Counted from the first letter of the stretch, positions 42,377 to 52,133 are shown. The stretch is DNA of 64,000 nt from an uncultured Chloroflexia bacterium (GCA_963707215.1 CAVPPB010000003.1:759152-823151), one strand, 5' to 3'. Numbers and translations are program-made. The notes: generated from the sequence alone by a model not told the origin.

Positions 42377-43402
42377 GTGACCCCCTTCTTCGACCTCTCG
42401 ACCCGGGGCCGCGCGCGGCGACTCCGCCGGCTCGCCCGGCGCGCCCTGGAGGCCTACCCGGTCGACGTCGCCGCGATCCGGATGCTGACGATCGAGACGA
42501 ACGGCATCTTCCGCGTCGACGCGGTCGGCGGCCAGCGCTTCGTCCTGAGGATCGGGCGGGCGGGCAACATCGGGCACTCGACGGCCCAGGTCCGCTCCGA
42601 GACCGAGTGGCTGGCCGCCCTGGGCCGCGACACGGACCTTCGCGTGCCGGAGCCGGTGGAGAGCCGCCAGGGCGAGCACGTCACGACGGTCGAGGCCGAC
42701 GGCGTCCCGGAGCCCCGCGACTGCGTCCTCTTCCGCTGGCTGCCCGGCCGGCAGCTCGACCGAGACCTCGACACACTCGCGATGCGAGCGTACGGGGCCC
42801 TCGCTGTGCGACTCCACGAGCACGCCGCCGCGTTCCGGCCCTCAGCCGCGTTCGAGATCGTGCGCTACGACCGGGTCTTCCCGTTCGAGGAGCCGGTGGT
42901 GCTGCTTGATCCGGAGCGTTCGACGTTCGCGACCCAGGCCCAGCGCGAGGTCTTCGCCGCCGGGGTCGAGCTCGTGTCGCGGGCCATCGGGGACCTTCGG
43001 CGGCGCGAGCCGATGCGGGTCATCCACGGCGACCTGCACCGCTGGAACGTGCTGGCGGAGCCGCGTCGCGGCGGCAGGGAGCCCACCGTCGGTGCCATCG
43101 ACTTCGAGGACCTCATGTGGGGCTGGCCGGTCCAGGACCTGGCGATCGCGCTCTACTACCTGCACGAGGAGCCCGCCTACCCGGCCATGCGGGAGGCGTT
43201 CCGGGCCGGCTACGAGAAGCTCCGCCCGTGGCCGGACGAGACCGGCGACGAGATCGACACCTTCATCGCCGGCCGGGCCCTGGTCCTGGCCAACGACGTC
43301 GAGCTCCTCGAGGAACCCGAGGTCCGGGCCGAGGCTCCCGACCTCATGGACCGGTTCGAGCGCCGGGTCCGCCGGGTGCTGGATCGCGCGTCGCGGGCCT
43401 AG
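42377..43402 (+). CDS. Phosphotransferase (APH / choline-kinase-like) family protein
   Basis: 341 aa from the GTG at 42377. Brenner/catalytic motif VIHGDLHRWNVL and a downstream IDFED (DFG-equivalent). Divergent from the DUF5655 gene, 40 bp apart. Confidence 0.6.
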   Translation: MTPFFDLSTRGRARRLRRLARRALEAYPVDVAAIRMLTIETNGIFRVDAVGGQRFVLRIGRAGNIGHSTAQVRSETEWLAALGRDTDLRVPEPVESRQGEHVTTVEADGVPEPRDCVLFRWLPGRQLDRDLDTLAMRAYGALAVRLHEHAAAFRPSAAFEIVRYDRVFPFEEPVVLLDPERSTFATQAQREVFAAGVELVSRAIGDLRRREPMRVIHGDLHRWNVLAEPRRGGREPTVGAIDFEDLMWGWPVQDLAIALYYLHEEPAYPAMREAFRAGYEKLRPWPDETGDEIDTFIAGRALVLANDVELLEEPEVRAEAPDLMDRFERRVRRVLDRASRA

Positions 43403-43543
43403 GACTGGCCCCGCTGACCTGGGACTCGACCCGCCGGCCGAACCCGCCAAGCCGGGCGATGACCGGCCATCGGCCTCTTGTCGGCGTACGGACCAGGGGA
43501 CCAGACTTGGCCTGGGCTGCGACGGCAGCCTGGATGACACGCG

Positions 43544-44872
43544 ATGGCCTCGATCGGATCGCTCCGGGTCGGGCTCGTCTCGACCCGCCTCGCCGGCACC
43601 GACGGCGTCTCCCTGGAGACGGCGAAGTGGGCGACGGCGCTCGAGCGGATGGGCCACCGGACCTTCTACTTCGCCGGCGAGTGCGACCGTCCGGAGGACC
43701 GCTCGCACGTGGCCCCGGAGGCGTCGCTCCAGCACCCCGACATCCTCGCCATCAACCAGGCCACGTTCGCCTGGCATGCCGCCGAGCCGACGATCGCCGA
43801 GGGCCGCGGGCAGGCGACCAGCGTCCGGCCGGCGGCCATCAGCGAACGGATCCACGAGCTGCGAGCGCACCTCAAGGCCGAGCTCTACGCCTTCTGCCGG
43901 CGGTTCGACCTGGAGCTCCTGGTCGTCGAGAACGCCTCGGCCATCCCCCTCAACCTCCCGCTGGGCCTGGCCATCTCCGAGTTCGTCGCCGAGACCGGGA
44001 TCCCGACGATCGCCCACCACCACGACCTGCCGTGGGAGCGCCAGCGGTTCCTGGTGAACAGCGTGGCCGACGTCATCGCGGCCGCCTTCCCGCCGGTGCA
44101 CCCGACGATCCGCCACGTCGTCATCAACTCGATCCAGGCGCTCGAGCTGAGCTCGCGCCGCGGGGTCACCGCCCGGGTGATCCCCAACGTCATGGACTTC
44201 GACCGGCCCCCGGCGCCACCCAGCGCCGACCGGACAGCGTCCCTCCGGACCGACCTCGGTCTCCGTGATGACGAGCTGCTGCTTCTCCAGCCGACCCGCA
44301 TCGTCGCCCGCAAGGGGATCGAGGACGCCATCGAGTTCACCCGCCGTCTGGACCGACCGGCCTGCCTGGTCGTGTCGCATGCCTCGGGAGACGAGGGCGA
44401 TGCCTACGAGCGCCGGATCCTCGACTACGCCGACCTGCTGGGGGTCCGGGTCGTCCTGGCCGGCGACCGGATCGTCATCGGGGACGGCGAATGGACGGAC
44501 CCGCGGGCAGAGGCGCCCGGCCGGCACACCCTGGCCGACGCGTACGGGGCGGCCGACTTCGTGACCTACCCCTCGAAGTTCGAGGGATTCGGCAACGCTT
44601 TCCTGGAGGCCGTCTACCACCGCCGCCCGATCCTGGTGAACAACTACTCGACCTACGAGGTTGACCTTCGGCCGCGGGGCTTCCGGGTGGTCTGGTTCGA
44701 CGAGTACATCGACGCCCGCACCCTGGAGGTCGCCCGGCGCCTGCTTGACGAGCCCGCGACGGCGGCGGCCTGGGCCGAGCGCAACTACGAGGTCGGTCGG
44801 ATGCACTTCTCCTTCACCGTGCTCGAGCGTCACCTGTCCGACCTGCTCGTCGACTGCTTCGGCGCCGGCTGA
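43544..44872 (+). CDS. Glycosyltransferase family 4 (GT-B) protein
   Basis: 442 aa. The C-terminal E-x7-E region (FVTYPSKFEGFGNAFLEAV) and the N-terminal LRVGLVSTRLAGTDGVSLETAKWATALERMGH are typical of GT4. Confidence 0.7.
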   Translation: MASIGSLRVGLVSTRLAGTDGVSLETAKWATALERMGHRTFYFAGECDRPEDRSHVAPEASLQHPDILAINQATFAWHAAEPTIAEGRGQATSVRPAAISERIHELRAHLKAELYAFCRRFDLELLVVENASAIPLNLPLGLAISEFVAETGIPTIAHHHDLPWERQRFLVNSVADVIAAAFPPVHPTIRHVVINSIQALELSSRRGVTARVIPNVMDFDRPPAPPSADRTASLRTDLGLRDDELLLLQPTRIVARKGIEDAIEFTRRLDRPACLVVSHASGDEGDAYERRILDYADLLGVRVVLAGDRIVIGDGEWTDPRAEAPGRHTLADAYGAADFVTYPSKFEGFGNAFLEAVYHRRPILVNNYSTYEVDLRPRGFRVVWFDEYIDARTLEVARRLLDEPATAAAWAERNYEVGRMHFSFTVLERHLSDLLVDCFGAG

Positions 44873-44878
44873 TGTGCG

Positions 44879-46159
44879 ATGGCCACCCGGATCGCCCTGC
44901 TCCACTACTCCGTGCCACCCGTTGTGGGCGGCGTGGAGGCCGTCATCGGGGCGCACGCCCGCCTCCTTGCCGAGGCCGGCCACGAGGTCCGCCTCGTCGC
45001 CGGCCGGGGTCGCCGGCCGGAGCATCCGGCCATCGAGCTCGTCCGCATCCCGTTGGCCGACACCCGGCACCCGCGGGTCGTCCGGGCCCGCCGGGCTCTC
45101 GCCGGCGGAGAGGTCACGGCCGACTTCGATCTCCTCGTTCGCGAGCTGACCGAGTCCCTCCGGTCGGCCCTCGACTGCTGCGACGCGCTGATCGCCCACA
45201 ACGTCGCGACCTTCCACTTCAACCTCGCCCTCACCGCGGCGCTCGAGGCCGTGTCGCGACAGGATGGTGGACCGCCCCTCGTGACCTGGACCCACGACAT
45301 CGCCGCGGCCGAGCCGTGGTACGTGGGCGAGCTCCACGCGGGCTGGCCGTGGGACCTCGTCCGGAGGCCGTGGCCGTCGGCGATCCCCGTCGCCGTCTCG
45401 AGGACCCGTCGCGACCAGCTGGTCGGCGTCATCGGGCTGCCGCTGGAGACGGTCCGGGTCATCCCCAACGGCACGGACCCGGCAGGGCGCCTGGGCCTCC
45501 ACCCGGCCACCCGTCGCCTGGCCGCGCACCTCGACCTGGGCGGGCCGGGACCGATCCTCCTGGTGCCCAGTCGGATCACCCCGCGCAAGAACCTGGAGCT
45601 GGCGGTCCGTGTCCTCGCGCAGCTGGGCCGGCATGGCTCCGCGGCCCGCCTGGTGGTGACCGGGGCGCTCGACCCGCACGACCCCGGCTCGGTGGCCTAC
45701 CTCGGTCGCCTCCGGGCGCTGGCCCTCGAGCTGGACGTCGAGACCCGGGTCACCTTCGTCTCGGCGGAGCTGGCCGGCGACGACTCCCCGGCGATCGTGC
45801 GGGATCTCTACGGGCTGGCGGATCTCCTCCTGCTGACCAGCCTCGACGAGGGGTTCGGGCTTCCGCTCATCGAGGCGGCAGTGACCCGGCTGCCGATCGT
45901 CTGCCCGGCCATCCCGGCCCTGGTCGAGCTGGCCCAGGGCGGTGCGACGTTCTTCGAGCCCGGTGCCTCGGCGACGTCGATCGCCGCGCTGGTCGAGGAG
46001 CGGCTGGCCGGCGACCCGGTCCACGGTCTCGCCGTCCGGGTCCGCACCGAGCTGGCCTGGCCGGTGGTCTTCCGCGAGCACATCGCGCCGCTGGTCGCCG
46101 AGGTCCTGGCCGGCACCGGCCGGCCTGCCGGACCACTCCTGACGCCGGCTACCCCTTGA
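44879..46159 (+). CDS. Glycosyltransferase family 4 (GT-B) protein
   Basis: 426 aa. RIALLHYSVPPVVGGVEAVI N-terminus; C-terminal LLLLTSLDEGFGLPLIEAAVTRLPIVC (E-x7-E). Starts 7 bp after the previous GT4 gene. Confidence 0.7.
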   Translation: MATRIALLHYSVPPVVGGVEAVIGAHARLLAEAGHEVRLVAGRGRRPEHPAIELVRIPLADTRHPRVVRARRALAGGEVTADFDLLVRELTESLRSALDCCDALIAHNVATFHFNLALTAALEAVSRQDGGPPLVTWTHDIAAAEPWYVGELHAGWPWDLVRRPWPSAIPVAVSRTRRDQLVGVIGLPLETVRVIPNGTDPAGRLGLHPATRRLAAHLDLGGPGPILLVPSRITPRKNLELAVRVLAQLGRHGSAARLVVTGALDPHDPGSVAYLGRLRALALELDVETRVTFVSAELAGDDSPAIVRDLYGLADLLLLTSLDEGFGLPLIEAAVTRLPIVCPAIPALVELAQGGATFFEPGASATSIAALVEERLAGDPVHGLAVRVRTELAWPVVFREHIAPLVAEVLAGTGRPAGPLLTPATP

Positions 46160-46202
46160 CAGCCGGCCTCGACCGGCCTATATATCGCCACACGATATAT
46201 CG
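46156..46202 (+). promoter_or_regulatory. Sigma-70-type promoter (TTGACA-17 nt-TATATA) with an overlapping CGATATATCG palindrome, upstream of padR
   Basis: A perfect -35 TTGACA at 46156-46161, a 17-nt spacer, then TATATAT at 46179-46185. This is a conspicuously AT-rich motif in a 72% GC genome. It is followed by a direct repeat of ATATATCGCCA that includes the 10-bp palindrome CGATATATCG at 46193-46202. The padR ATG is at 46259. Confidence 0.45.
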
Positions 46203-46258
46203 CCAACCGTCACAGGGGCGCCCACGGACGCGCGGTCGCCTCGCCAAGTGGAGGAAGC

Positions 46259-46597
46259 ATGACGTCCGGCCTGTCCGATCTCGGTCGCTTCGCGGAGCCC
46301 TCGATCGCCATCCTCGTCTCGCTGAGCGATGGCCCCAAGCATGGCTACGCGATCATGGCCGACGTCGAGACGACGACCGGCCAGCCGCTGGGCCCGGGCA
46401 CGCTCTACGCGGCGCTCGGGCGGCTCGAGCGGCGGGGGCTCATCGAGCCGCTGCCGGCCGAGGACCGACGGCGGCCGTACCGCCTGACCGGCCTGGGCGC
46501 CACGACCCTCCGCGCGCATCTCGACCAGCTCGATCAATTCGTCAAGACGGGGATCGTCCGCCTGGGGGGGTCGGCAGGGTTCGCCGGCATCCGGTGA
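46259..46597 (+). CDS. padR: PadR family transcriptional regulator
   Basis: 112 aa; winged-HTH core (SIAILVSLSDGPKHGYAIMADVE...LGPGTLYAALGRLERRGLIE). Confidence 0.75.
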   Translation: MTSGLSDLGRFAEPSIAILVSLSDGPKHGYAIMADVETTTGQPLGPGTLYAALGRLERRGLIEPLPAEDRRRPYRLTGLGATTLRAHLDQLDQFVKTGIVRLGGSAGFAGIR

Positions 46598-46637
46598 ACC
46601 GCCGGTCCCGTCGGGACCACAGATCAAGGAGCGTCCC

Positions 46638-46961
46638 ATGCGTCGTCTCGTCCTCGCTCTCGGCCTGGCCGGTGCCCTCGCCGTCGCGACCGCCGGCTCG
46701 ACCCTTGCCAGCCACACCCACGTCCGCATCCTGGGCAGCGGCCAGTGCGTGATCCTCGCCCCGGACGCCGGGGAGGAGGCCGTCCAGCTGCCGTTCGCCG
46801 ACGGCTTCGTAGCCGATCGCCAGCACCCCCTCCACGTGCTCGTCCACCTCGGCCAGGCCGGCACCGGCCCCGACGGGGAGATGCGGGTCTGGGTCCAGGG
46901 CTCGGCCGGGGACCTGGCGAACTGCCAGGGCTACGTCAACGCCGCCGCGGACCGCGGCTGA
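46638..46961 (+). CDS. Small secreted hypothetical protein
   Basis: 107 aa; signal peptide MRRLVLALGLAGALAVATAGSTLA, two Cys. Confidence 0.4.
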   Translation: MRRLVLALGLAGALAVATAGSTLASHTHVRILGSGQCVILAPDAGEEAVQLPFADGFVADRQHPLHVLVHLGQAGTGPDGEMRVWVQGSAGDLANCQGYVNAAADRG

Positions 46962-46962
46962 G

Positions 46963-47781
46963 GTGAGCGGGTCCCGGCCGCTGGGCCGCGACCCTGCCGG
47001 CGCCTCCGGGTCACCGGAGGCTGCCGGGCTCCACCCGCTCGTCCCGATCCTCCTGCGCCTGTACCCGCGGGGGTGGCGGACCCGCTACGAGAGCGAGTTC
47101 CTGGCCCTCCTCGCGGACGGCGCCCTCACGCCGTCGACCTTCCCGGACATCGTGCTGGCCGCGCTCGATGCACGGCTCAGCGGTGAGTACCCGATCACGG
47201 AGGGCGACGGCAGAAAGGCTCGATTCCGCATGCCTGCTCGTACCGTGCCCCTCGCCATCGTGGCTGGCGGCGCCTTCATCACCGCATCCATCGCGTTTGC
47301 CTTCGCGCTCGACGACGGCGACTGGGAGTTCCCAGGAGCGCTGCTCCTGCTGGGGTTCCCGATCGGGTTCGTCGTCCTGGCCGGCGGCATCATCGGGCTG
47401 GCGCTGGGCGATCGGACCGCGGATCCCGTCCTGCGAGGCATGGGGGTCCTCGCCGCCCTCCTCGGCGCGGCGGTCGCCGCGGCGATGCTCGGGATGGCCT
47501 TCCTCGGCGACGGCTGGTGGTACGCCTGGTCGGGCCTGTACATCGCGTTCACGTTCGCGTCCGGCGGGTTCGGCCTCCGGCTGGCTATGCTCGACCGGAG
47601 CCGGCTGATCCCAGGGGCCATCCTGGTAGGTGGCATCGCCGTTGGACTCCTCGGGGTTGGGTCATTCGCCGGGATCGCCCTGCCCGACGGGCTCGAGCTC
47701 ATCCTCACCCTGCCGCTGGTCGGCTGGATCGCCCTCGGGATCGCCGAGCTCATGCGGGATCGGATGGTCCCAGCCGGCTGA
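46963..47781 (+). CDS. Hypothetical membrane protein of the PadR module
   Basis: 272 aa from a GTG 2 bp after the previous stop. A soluble N-terminal region (HPLVPILLRLYPRGWRTRYESEF) is followed by 5-6 Gly/Ala-rich TMs. Confidence 0.45.
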   Translation: MSGSRPLGRDPAGASGSPEAAGLHPLVPILLRLYPRGWRTRYESEFLALLADGALTPSTFPDIVLAALDARLSGEYPITEGDGRKARFRMPARTVPLAIVAGGAFITASIAFAFALDDGDWEFPGALLLLGFPIGFVVLAGGIIGLALGDRTADPVLRGMGVLAALLGAAVAAAMLGMAFLGDGWWYAWSGLYIAFTFASGGFGLRLAMLDRSRLIPGAILVGGIAVGLLGVGSFAGIALPDGLELILTLPLVGWIALGIAELMRDRMVPAG

Positions 47782-47956
47782 GGCCCGGTCACGGAGGCGC
47801 CGATCGCTCCGATGGCCGATCCCGGCGTCGCCGGCATCGGCCATCGGACCCTTGCCGGGCCGCACCCCCCGGAACACACTGGAGCCGGGTCCGACGTCGG
47901 CCCCGTCGGTCGCCGTCGCGCAGACCCGGCGCGTGGGCACGCGCGAGGAGGCCGCC

Positions 47957-48583
47957 ATGACGACCACGAGGACACAGCGCGAGGGGATCGCCGAACGCCT
48001 GGACGTCCCGGTCGGCGATGTGCGAGCGGCCGAGGTCCAGGTCGAGTTCGGTGCCGGGCGCCTCGACATCGCCGCGGCCGAACCGGGCTTCCTCCTCCAG
48101 GGACGGTTCAACCCCGGAGCGCACTATCGCTTCGGTGCTGATCACGCGTACGCCCTGATCCGACCCGACCCCGATACCTGGTACCGCTTCCGCGATTGGC
48201 ACCTGCGCCTGGCCCGGGCGATCCCGACGCGTCTGCGCCTGGGCGGCGGGGTGAGCATCGCCGAGCTGGACCTGTCCGAGACGCGGGTCAACGACCTCCG
48301 CCTGGGCGGCGGGGTCGGGCGCACCAAGGTCGTCCTGCCGACCGCGGCCGGCCACGGGCACGTCCGCATCGAGGGCGGCATGGAATCGCTCGAGGTGGCG
48401 ATCCCGGCCGGCGTGGAGGCCCGCATCCACACGCCGAGCCCGGCGCCGAACCTGGTCTCCATCGACGAGCGACGCTTCCCCAAGGTCGCGCCCGGCCGCT
48501 GGCAGAGCGCCGGCTACGACGTCGCCATCCACCGTTTCGAGATCGAGGCGGAGATCGGCTTCGTGTCGCTGACCGTGCGCTGA
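47957..48583 (+). CDS. DUF4097-type (toast-rack, LiaG-like) beta-helix protein
   Basis: 208 aa from an ATG preceded by GAGGAGG. Repetitive V-x-V/L-x-x-G segments (VQVEFGAGRLDIAA, LRLGGGVSIAELDL, LRLGGGVGRTKVVL) and a C-terminal FEIEAEIGFVSLTV. Confidence 0.5.
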   Translation: MTTTRTQREGIAERLDVPVGDVRAAEVQVEFGAGRLDIAAAEPGFLLQGRFNPGAHYRFGADHAYALIRPDPDTWYRFRDWHLRLARAIPTRLRLGGGVSIAELDLSETRVNDLRLGGGVGRTKVVLPTAAGHGHVRIEGGMESLEVAIPAGVEARIHTPSPAPNLVSIDERRFPKVAPGRWQSAGYDVAIHRFEIEAEIGFVSLTVR

Positions 48584-48641
48584 CGACGGCGCGCCTGGAC
48601 GACAGGCGCAGGCGGAGCCCGGGCGCAGGCGGAGCCCGGGC

Positions 48642-49154
48642 TCAGACGGACTCGACCTCGGTGCGGAGGTCGACCGCCCGGCGGATCGCATCGGCGACCG
48701 GCGAGTTCGCCTCGGCGGCCTCCAGGACCTCACGGATCGTGGCCTCGTCGGCGCCCTCGGCGCCGATACGGATCTTCGTGCGGACCACGACGGGCCCGGG
48801 CGAGACGCCGTCCATGCCGAACAGGCCGCGGTCGTCGGAGTCGCTCTCTACCTCCACCTCGAGGGTGGTCAGCTCGACGCCTCGACGAGCGGCCTCCATC
48901 GCGATGACCGTCGCGTCGCAGGTCGCGAGGGCGGCCCGCAGCAGCCAGCCGGGCGACGGGGCACTACCGTCACCACCGACGGCCGGGGCCATGTCCGTGA
49001 CGGCCTCCTGGCCGCGGGGCCCGGTCGCCCGGAAGCGGAGTGCCCCGTCGCGGACGGCCACGGCCGGCGGATCGGTGGTCGGGCCCTCGTCAGGGTTCGC
49101 CTCGAGGTAGGCGATCACGCCCTCCATGGAACCCCGGATCCGAGCGGTCGTCAT
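48642..49154 (-). CDS. OsmC/Ohr family peroxiredoxin-like protein
   Basis: 170 aa; two conserved Cys (ATCDATV ... downstream) and the OsmC fold pattern. Confidence 0.65.
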   Translation of the reverse strand: MTTARIRGSMEGVIAYLEANPDEGPTTDPPAVAVRDGALRFRATGPRGQEAVTDMAPAVGGDGSAPSPGWLLRAALATCDATVIAMEAARRGVELTTLEVEVESDSDDRGLFGMDGVSPGPVVVRTKIRIGAEGADEATIREVLEAAEANSPVADAIRRAVDLRTEVESV

Positions 49155-49165
49155 CGGTCCCTCCC

Positions 49166-50128
49166 TCAGGCGGACTTGCGCCTCCGGGACCTCGCCCCGG
49201 CCGCTTCGGCCTCCTCGGCTGCCTCCGGCTCCTGCCCGGGTGCCTCGGCGTCGGCTGCCGCGGCCTTCCGGCGGCCCGCGGCCCGCCGCTTCGCGTCGGC
49301 CACCGGGACCGGCGCCTCCGGAGAGGCATCCCGGGCCGCGGCGGCGGCCTTGACGCTCGCCTCGAGGGCGGCCATGAGATCGATGAGCGCTCCGCCCGCT
49401 TCCGCCTCGGGCGCCTCGACGACCTCGCGACCCTCGATCTTCGACTCGATGACGCCCCGCAGCGCCTCCTGGTACTCGTCGCGGTACTGCGCCGGATCGA
49501 ACTCGCCGGTCATCGCCTCGACGAGCTGGGCGGCCATCAGCTTCTCGGCCGGCTTGAATTCGTAGGTCTCGTCGCCGAGGTCGAGCTCACCGACCGACCG
49601 GATCTCGTCCGGCCAGTGGAGCGTCGTGAGGAGCATCGTCCCCTCGAACGGGTCGAGCGCGGCGAGCGCCTCGCGATCCTTGATGACGACCTTGCAGACC
49701 GCGGTGAGGCCACGCTCGGCGAGGACCTCGCGCAGGAGCATGAAGGCCTTGCGGCCGATCTTGTCGGGCTCGACGTAGTAGGCCTGCTTGACGAAACGGG
49801 TCTGGGCGGTGCCGTCCTCCGCCTCCGCTCGGGGGACGAACTGCTCGATCTCGATCGAGCGGACCGTCTTGAGCGGGACGTGCTCCAGGTCGTCGTCGGT
49901 GATGACCACGTACTCACCGGGCGCGTACTCGTAGCCGCGGACCGTGTCGGAGCGCGAGATGATCGCTTCGTCGACCGGGCACCAGACCTTCATCTGGATC
50001 CGGCTCAGGTCATCCTCGTGGAGGAGGTTGAAGCTGATCGTGCTCTTCAATTCGGTCGCCACGTAGAGCTTGACCGGGATGGTCACGAGGCCGAACTGGA
50101 TGGCCCCCTTCCACATCGCGCGCGCCAT
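49166..50128 (-). CDS. ku: NHEJ DNA end-binding protein Ku
   Basis: From the ATG at 50128: MARAMWKGAIQFGLVTIPVKLYVAT... is the canonical Ku core, with a Lys/Ala/Arg-rich C-terminal tail. The track ORF has an unsupported 31-aa leader. Confidence 0.85.
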   Translation of the reverse strand: MARAMWKGAIQFGLVTIPVKLYVATELKSTISFNLLHEDDLSRIQMKVWCPVDEAIISRSDTVRGYEYAPGEYVVITDDDLEHVPLKTVRSIEIEQFVPRAEAEDGTAQTRFVKQAYYVEPDKIGRKAFMLLREVLAERGLTAVCKVVIKDREALAALDPFEGTMLLTTLHWPDEIRSVGELDLGDETYEFKPAEKLMAAQLVEAMTGEFDPAQYRDEYQEALRGVIESKIEGREVVEAPEAEAGGALIDLMAALEASVKAAAAARDASPEAPVPVADAKRRAAGRRKAAAADAEAPGQEPEAAEEAEAAGARSRRRKSA

Positions 50129-50295
50129 GGCGTGGGTCCTCGATGCTCCGGCCGGCGGGGGCCCTTTCCCGGTGACCTGTCCCGCGGAGCCGGGGACGGT
50201 CACGGTAGCACGGGATGGCAAGACATCCGTCGGCGCAGGATCCGGCGGCAGGTGCCTTGACGGGGCATGATTCGGGGCATGAGGACGGCCCGGAC

Positions 50296-50673
50296 ATGAC
50301 CGCCGAACTTGGCCGCCGCGGCCGACTCATCGTCGGGTTCGTCCTGATCGGGGCCGTCGTCGTCGCCGGCTGCTTCGAACGCGAGGCGGAGCGGTTGGGC
50401 CGCGAGCACGAGGAGCGGCTGGCAGCGGTCGGTCTCGTCCTCGAGGGGACCCTCGTCTACCCGCCGCGCGGGTCGGTGCCCCACTGGGTCATCGAGGCCA
50501 CGATCGCCGGCGGCGAGGCCGCGGCCGAGGCGACCTGCGCGACGATCGAGGGCGTCCCGATGGAGGACGGCGAGCTGCCCTACCTGGTCCGCGTCGCCTT
50601 CGAGCCGGCGGGCGAGGTCGAGTGCGGCTGGGCCAAGGCCGGCCTGGAGCCCGAGCCCGTCCCGAGCGGTTGA
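50296..50673 (+). CDS. Hypothetical lipoprotein
   Basis: 125 aa; MTAELGRRGRLIVGFVLIGAVVVAGC lipobox (VAGC); a further three Cys. Confidence 0.4.
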   Translation: MTAELGRRGRLIVGFVLIGAVVVAGCFEREAERLGREHEERLAAVGLVLEGTLVYPPRGSVPHWVIEATIAGGEAAAEATCATIEGVPMEDGELPYLVRVAFEPAGEVECGWAKAGLEPEPVPSG

Positions 50674-50717
50674 CCTGCCGGCCCGCGAGGCCAGGGCGTT
50701 GGCGATGCCGGCGCGAT

Positions 50718-52133
50718 TCAGCCGGCCCGGAGCTGTGACTCCGCCTCGGCGACCCTGGCGAGGACCCCGCTTCGCAGGGTGTCCAGGCCGCTCCAGACCG
50801 TCTTGGTCGCGTTACCGATGGAGGTGAGCTGGGCCTTGAGCCCCTTGATCGCCTCGAGCTGCTCGCGGATGCCGTCGAGGGCGGCCTTGACGGCGACCGG
50901 GTCGATCTCCACCTCGCGCTCGTCGAGGGTCGCGACCGCCAGGAGCCGAGCCAGGCGGACCGCGGCTTCCAGCGTGGCCGCGTCCGGGGTCTCCGGGTCG
51001 ATGACGCAATAGACGTCACCGGCCCGGATGTCGAACGGGGCCACCCCGGTCGGAGCGTGCTCGGGCGTGAAGACGATGAGGGCGACGGCCGCCGAGCGGT
51101 TCTCCTTGGCCTCGCGCAGCTCATCGCGGATGGCCCGGGCCGACATCGTCCGGTCCTTCGCTTCGACCACGACCCGGACGTCCGCCCCTCGGGCCATCGA
51201 CTCGCCGATCGTGATGACGAAGTCGCCTTTCTTCGATCTGAGCGTGTCACCAGCCTCGTCGCTGGTCCGGTCGAGCAGGTCGCCGGCGCCCCGGGCCAGC
51301 TCCGCCAGCATCCCCTCGAGAAGATCCTCGAAGTCGCCCCCCTTGGCCGTCCCCCTGGCTCGCTCAGCGGCCCGGGCCTGGCCCGCGGCCTCAAGGGCGG
51401 CGAGACGCTCGTGCAGCCCGGCGAATCCGTCGGCGACCTCCTGGCGGAACTGGTGGAGCGGCGAACCCATCCGGGTCGGGTCGAGCAGCGTGGCGAGCTT
51501 GCTGGCATCACCGTCGAAGTACGTCCCGAGCAGCTGGCGCATCCGGCCGATGGCGCTGTCGCGCTTGGTCTCGTCGAACAGCTCGTTGACGAAGGTCCGC
51601 AGCGCCCCGCGGTCGCCGAGGAAGCGCTCGAGGGTGCGCGGCAGGCGGCCGTCCTCGTCGGCGAAGTTGGCCCGGAGCGTGTCCTCGAGGGCCTTCGTGG
51701 CCTGCTCGTTCGACCGCTCGGCCTGGCGCAGGAGCTTGTCGAACTCGGCTCGGACGACGTCGACATTCATCGTGACGCCTGCGTCCTGGAGGGCGAGGAG
51801 GCCGATCCGCAGGGCGCGCTCGACGAGGGCCGGGCGCTCGGCTTCCGGCCGCTCGCCGACGAACGCGGCGAGGGTCGGATCAGCGAGGACGAGTCGCTCG
51901 ACCACGAGCCGCTCCTCGCCGACGGCGATGACGGCCGGTCCGGCGGGAGGAAGCGGCAAGCGCTCCGCGCGGTCCGGGTGCTCGGCCCGATCCGGCCGCT
52001 CCGGGCGCGAGGGATGGGCGGGCTCGGTCTCCGGGGACCGGACCGAGCGCACGGGCGATGCGACGGGGAATTCGACGACGGTGGTCTCCATGGCCACGAT
52101 CCTGGACCCCGTCCGTGACAGGTAGCGTGTCAC
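50718..52133 (-). CDS. Hypothetical protein with coiled-coil N-terminus and PD-(D/E)xK nuclease-like C-terminus (RmuC/DUF2130-like)
   Basis: A long helical/coiled-coil region is followed by GDFVITIGE...ADVRVVVEAKDRT (a D...E-A-K arrangement) and ALIVFTPEH. This is consistent with a restriction-endonuclease-like fold. The start is uncertain (ATGs at 52133 and 52091). Confidence 0.35.
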   Translation of the reverse strand: MTRYLSRTGSRIVAMETTVVEFPVASPVRSVRSPETEPAHPSRPERPDRAEHPDRAERLPLPPAGPAVIAVGEERLVVERLVLADPTLAAFVGERPEAERPALVERALRIGLLALQDAGVTMNVDVVRAEFDKLLRQAERSNEQATKALEDTLRANFADEDGRLPRTLERFLGDRGALRTFVNELFDETKRDSAIGRMRQLLGTYFDGDASKLATLLDPTRMGSPLHQFRQEVADGFAGLHERLAALEAAGQARAAERARGTAKGGDFEDLLEGMLAELARGAGDLLDRTSDEAGDTLRSKKGDFVITIGESMARGADVRVVVEAKDRTMSARAIRDELREAKENRSAAVALIVFTPEHAPTGVAPFDIRAGDVYCVIDPETPDAATLEAAVRLARLLAVATLDEREVEIDPVAVKAALDGIREQLEAIKGLKAQLTSIGNATKTVWSGLDTLRSGVLARVAEAESQLRAG

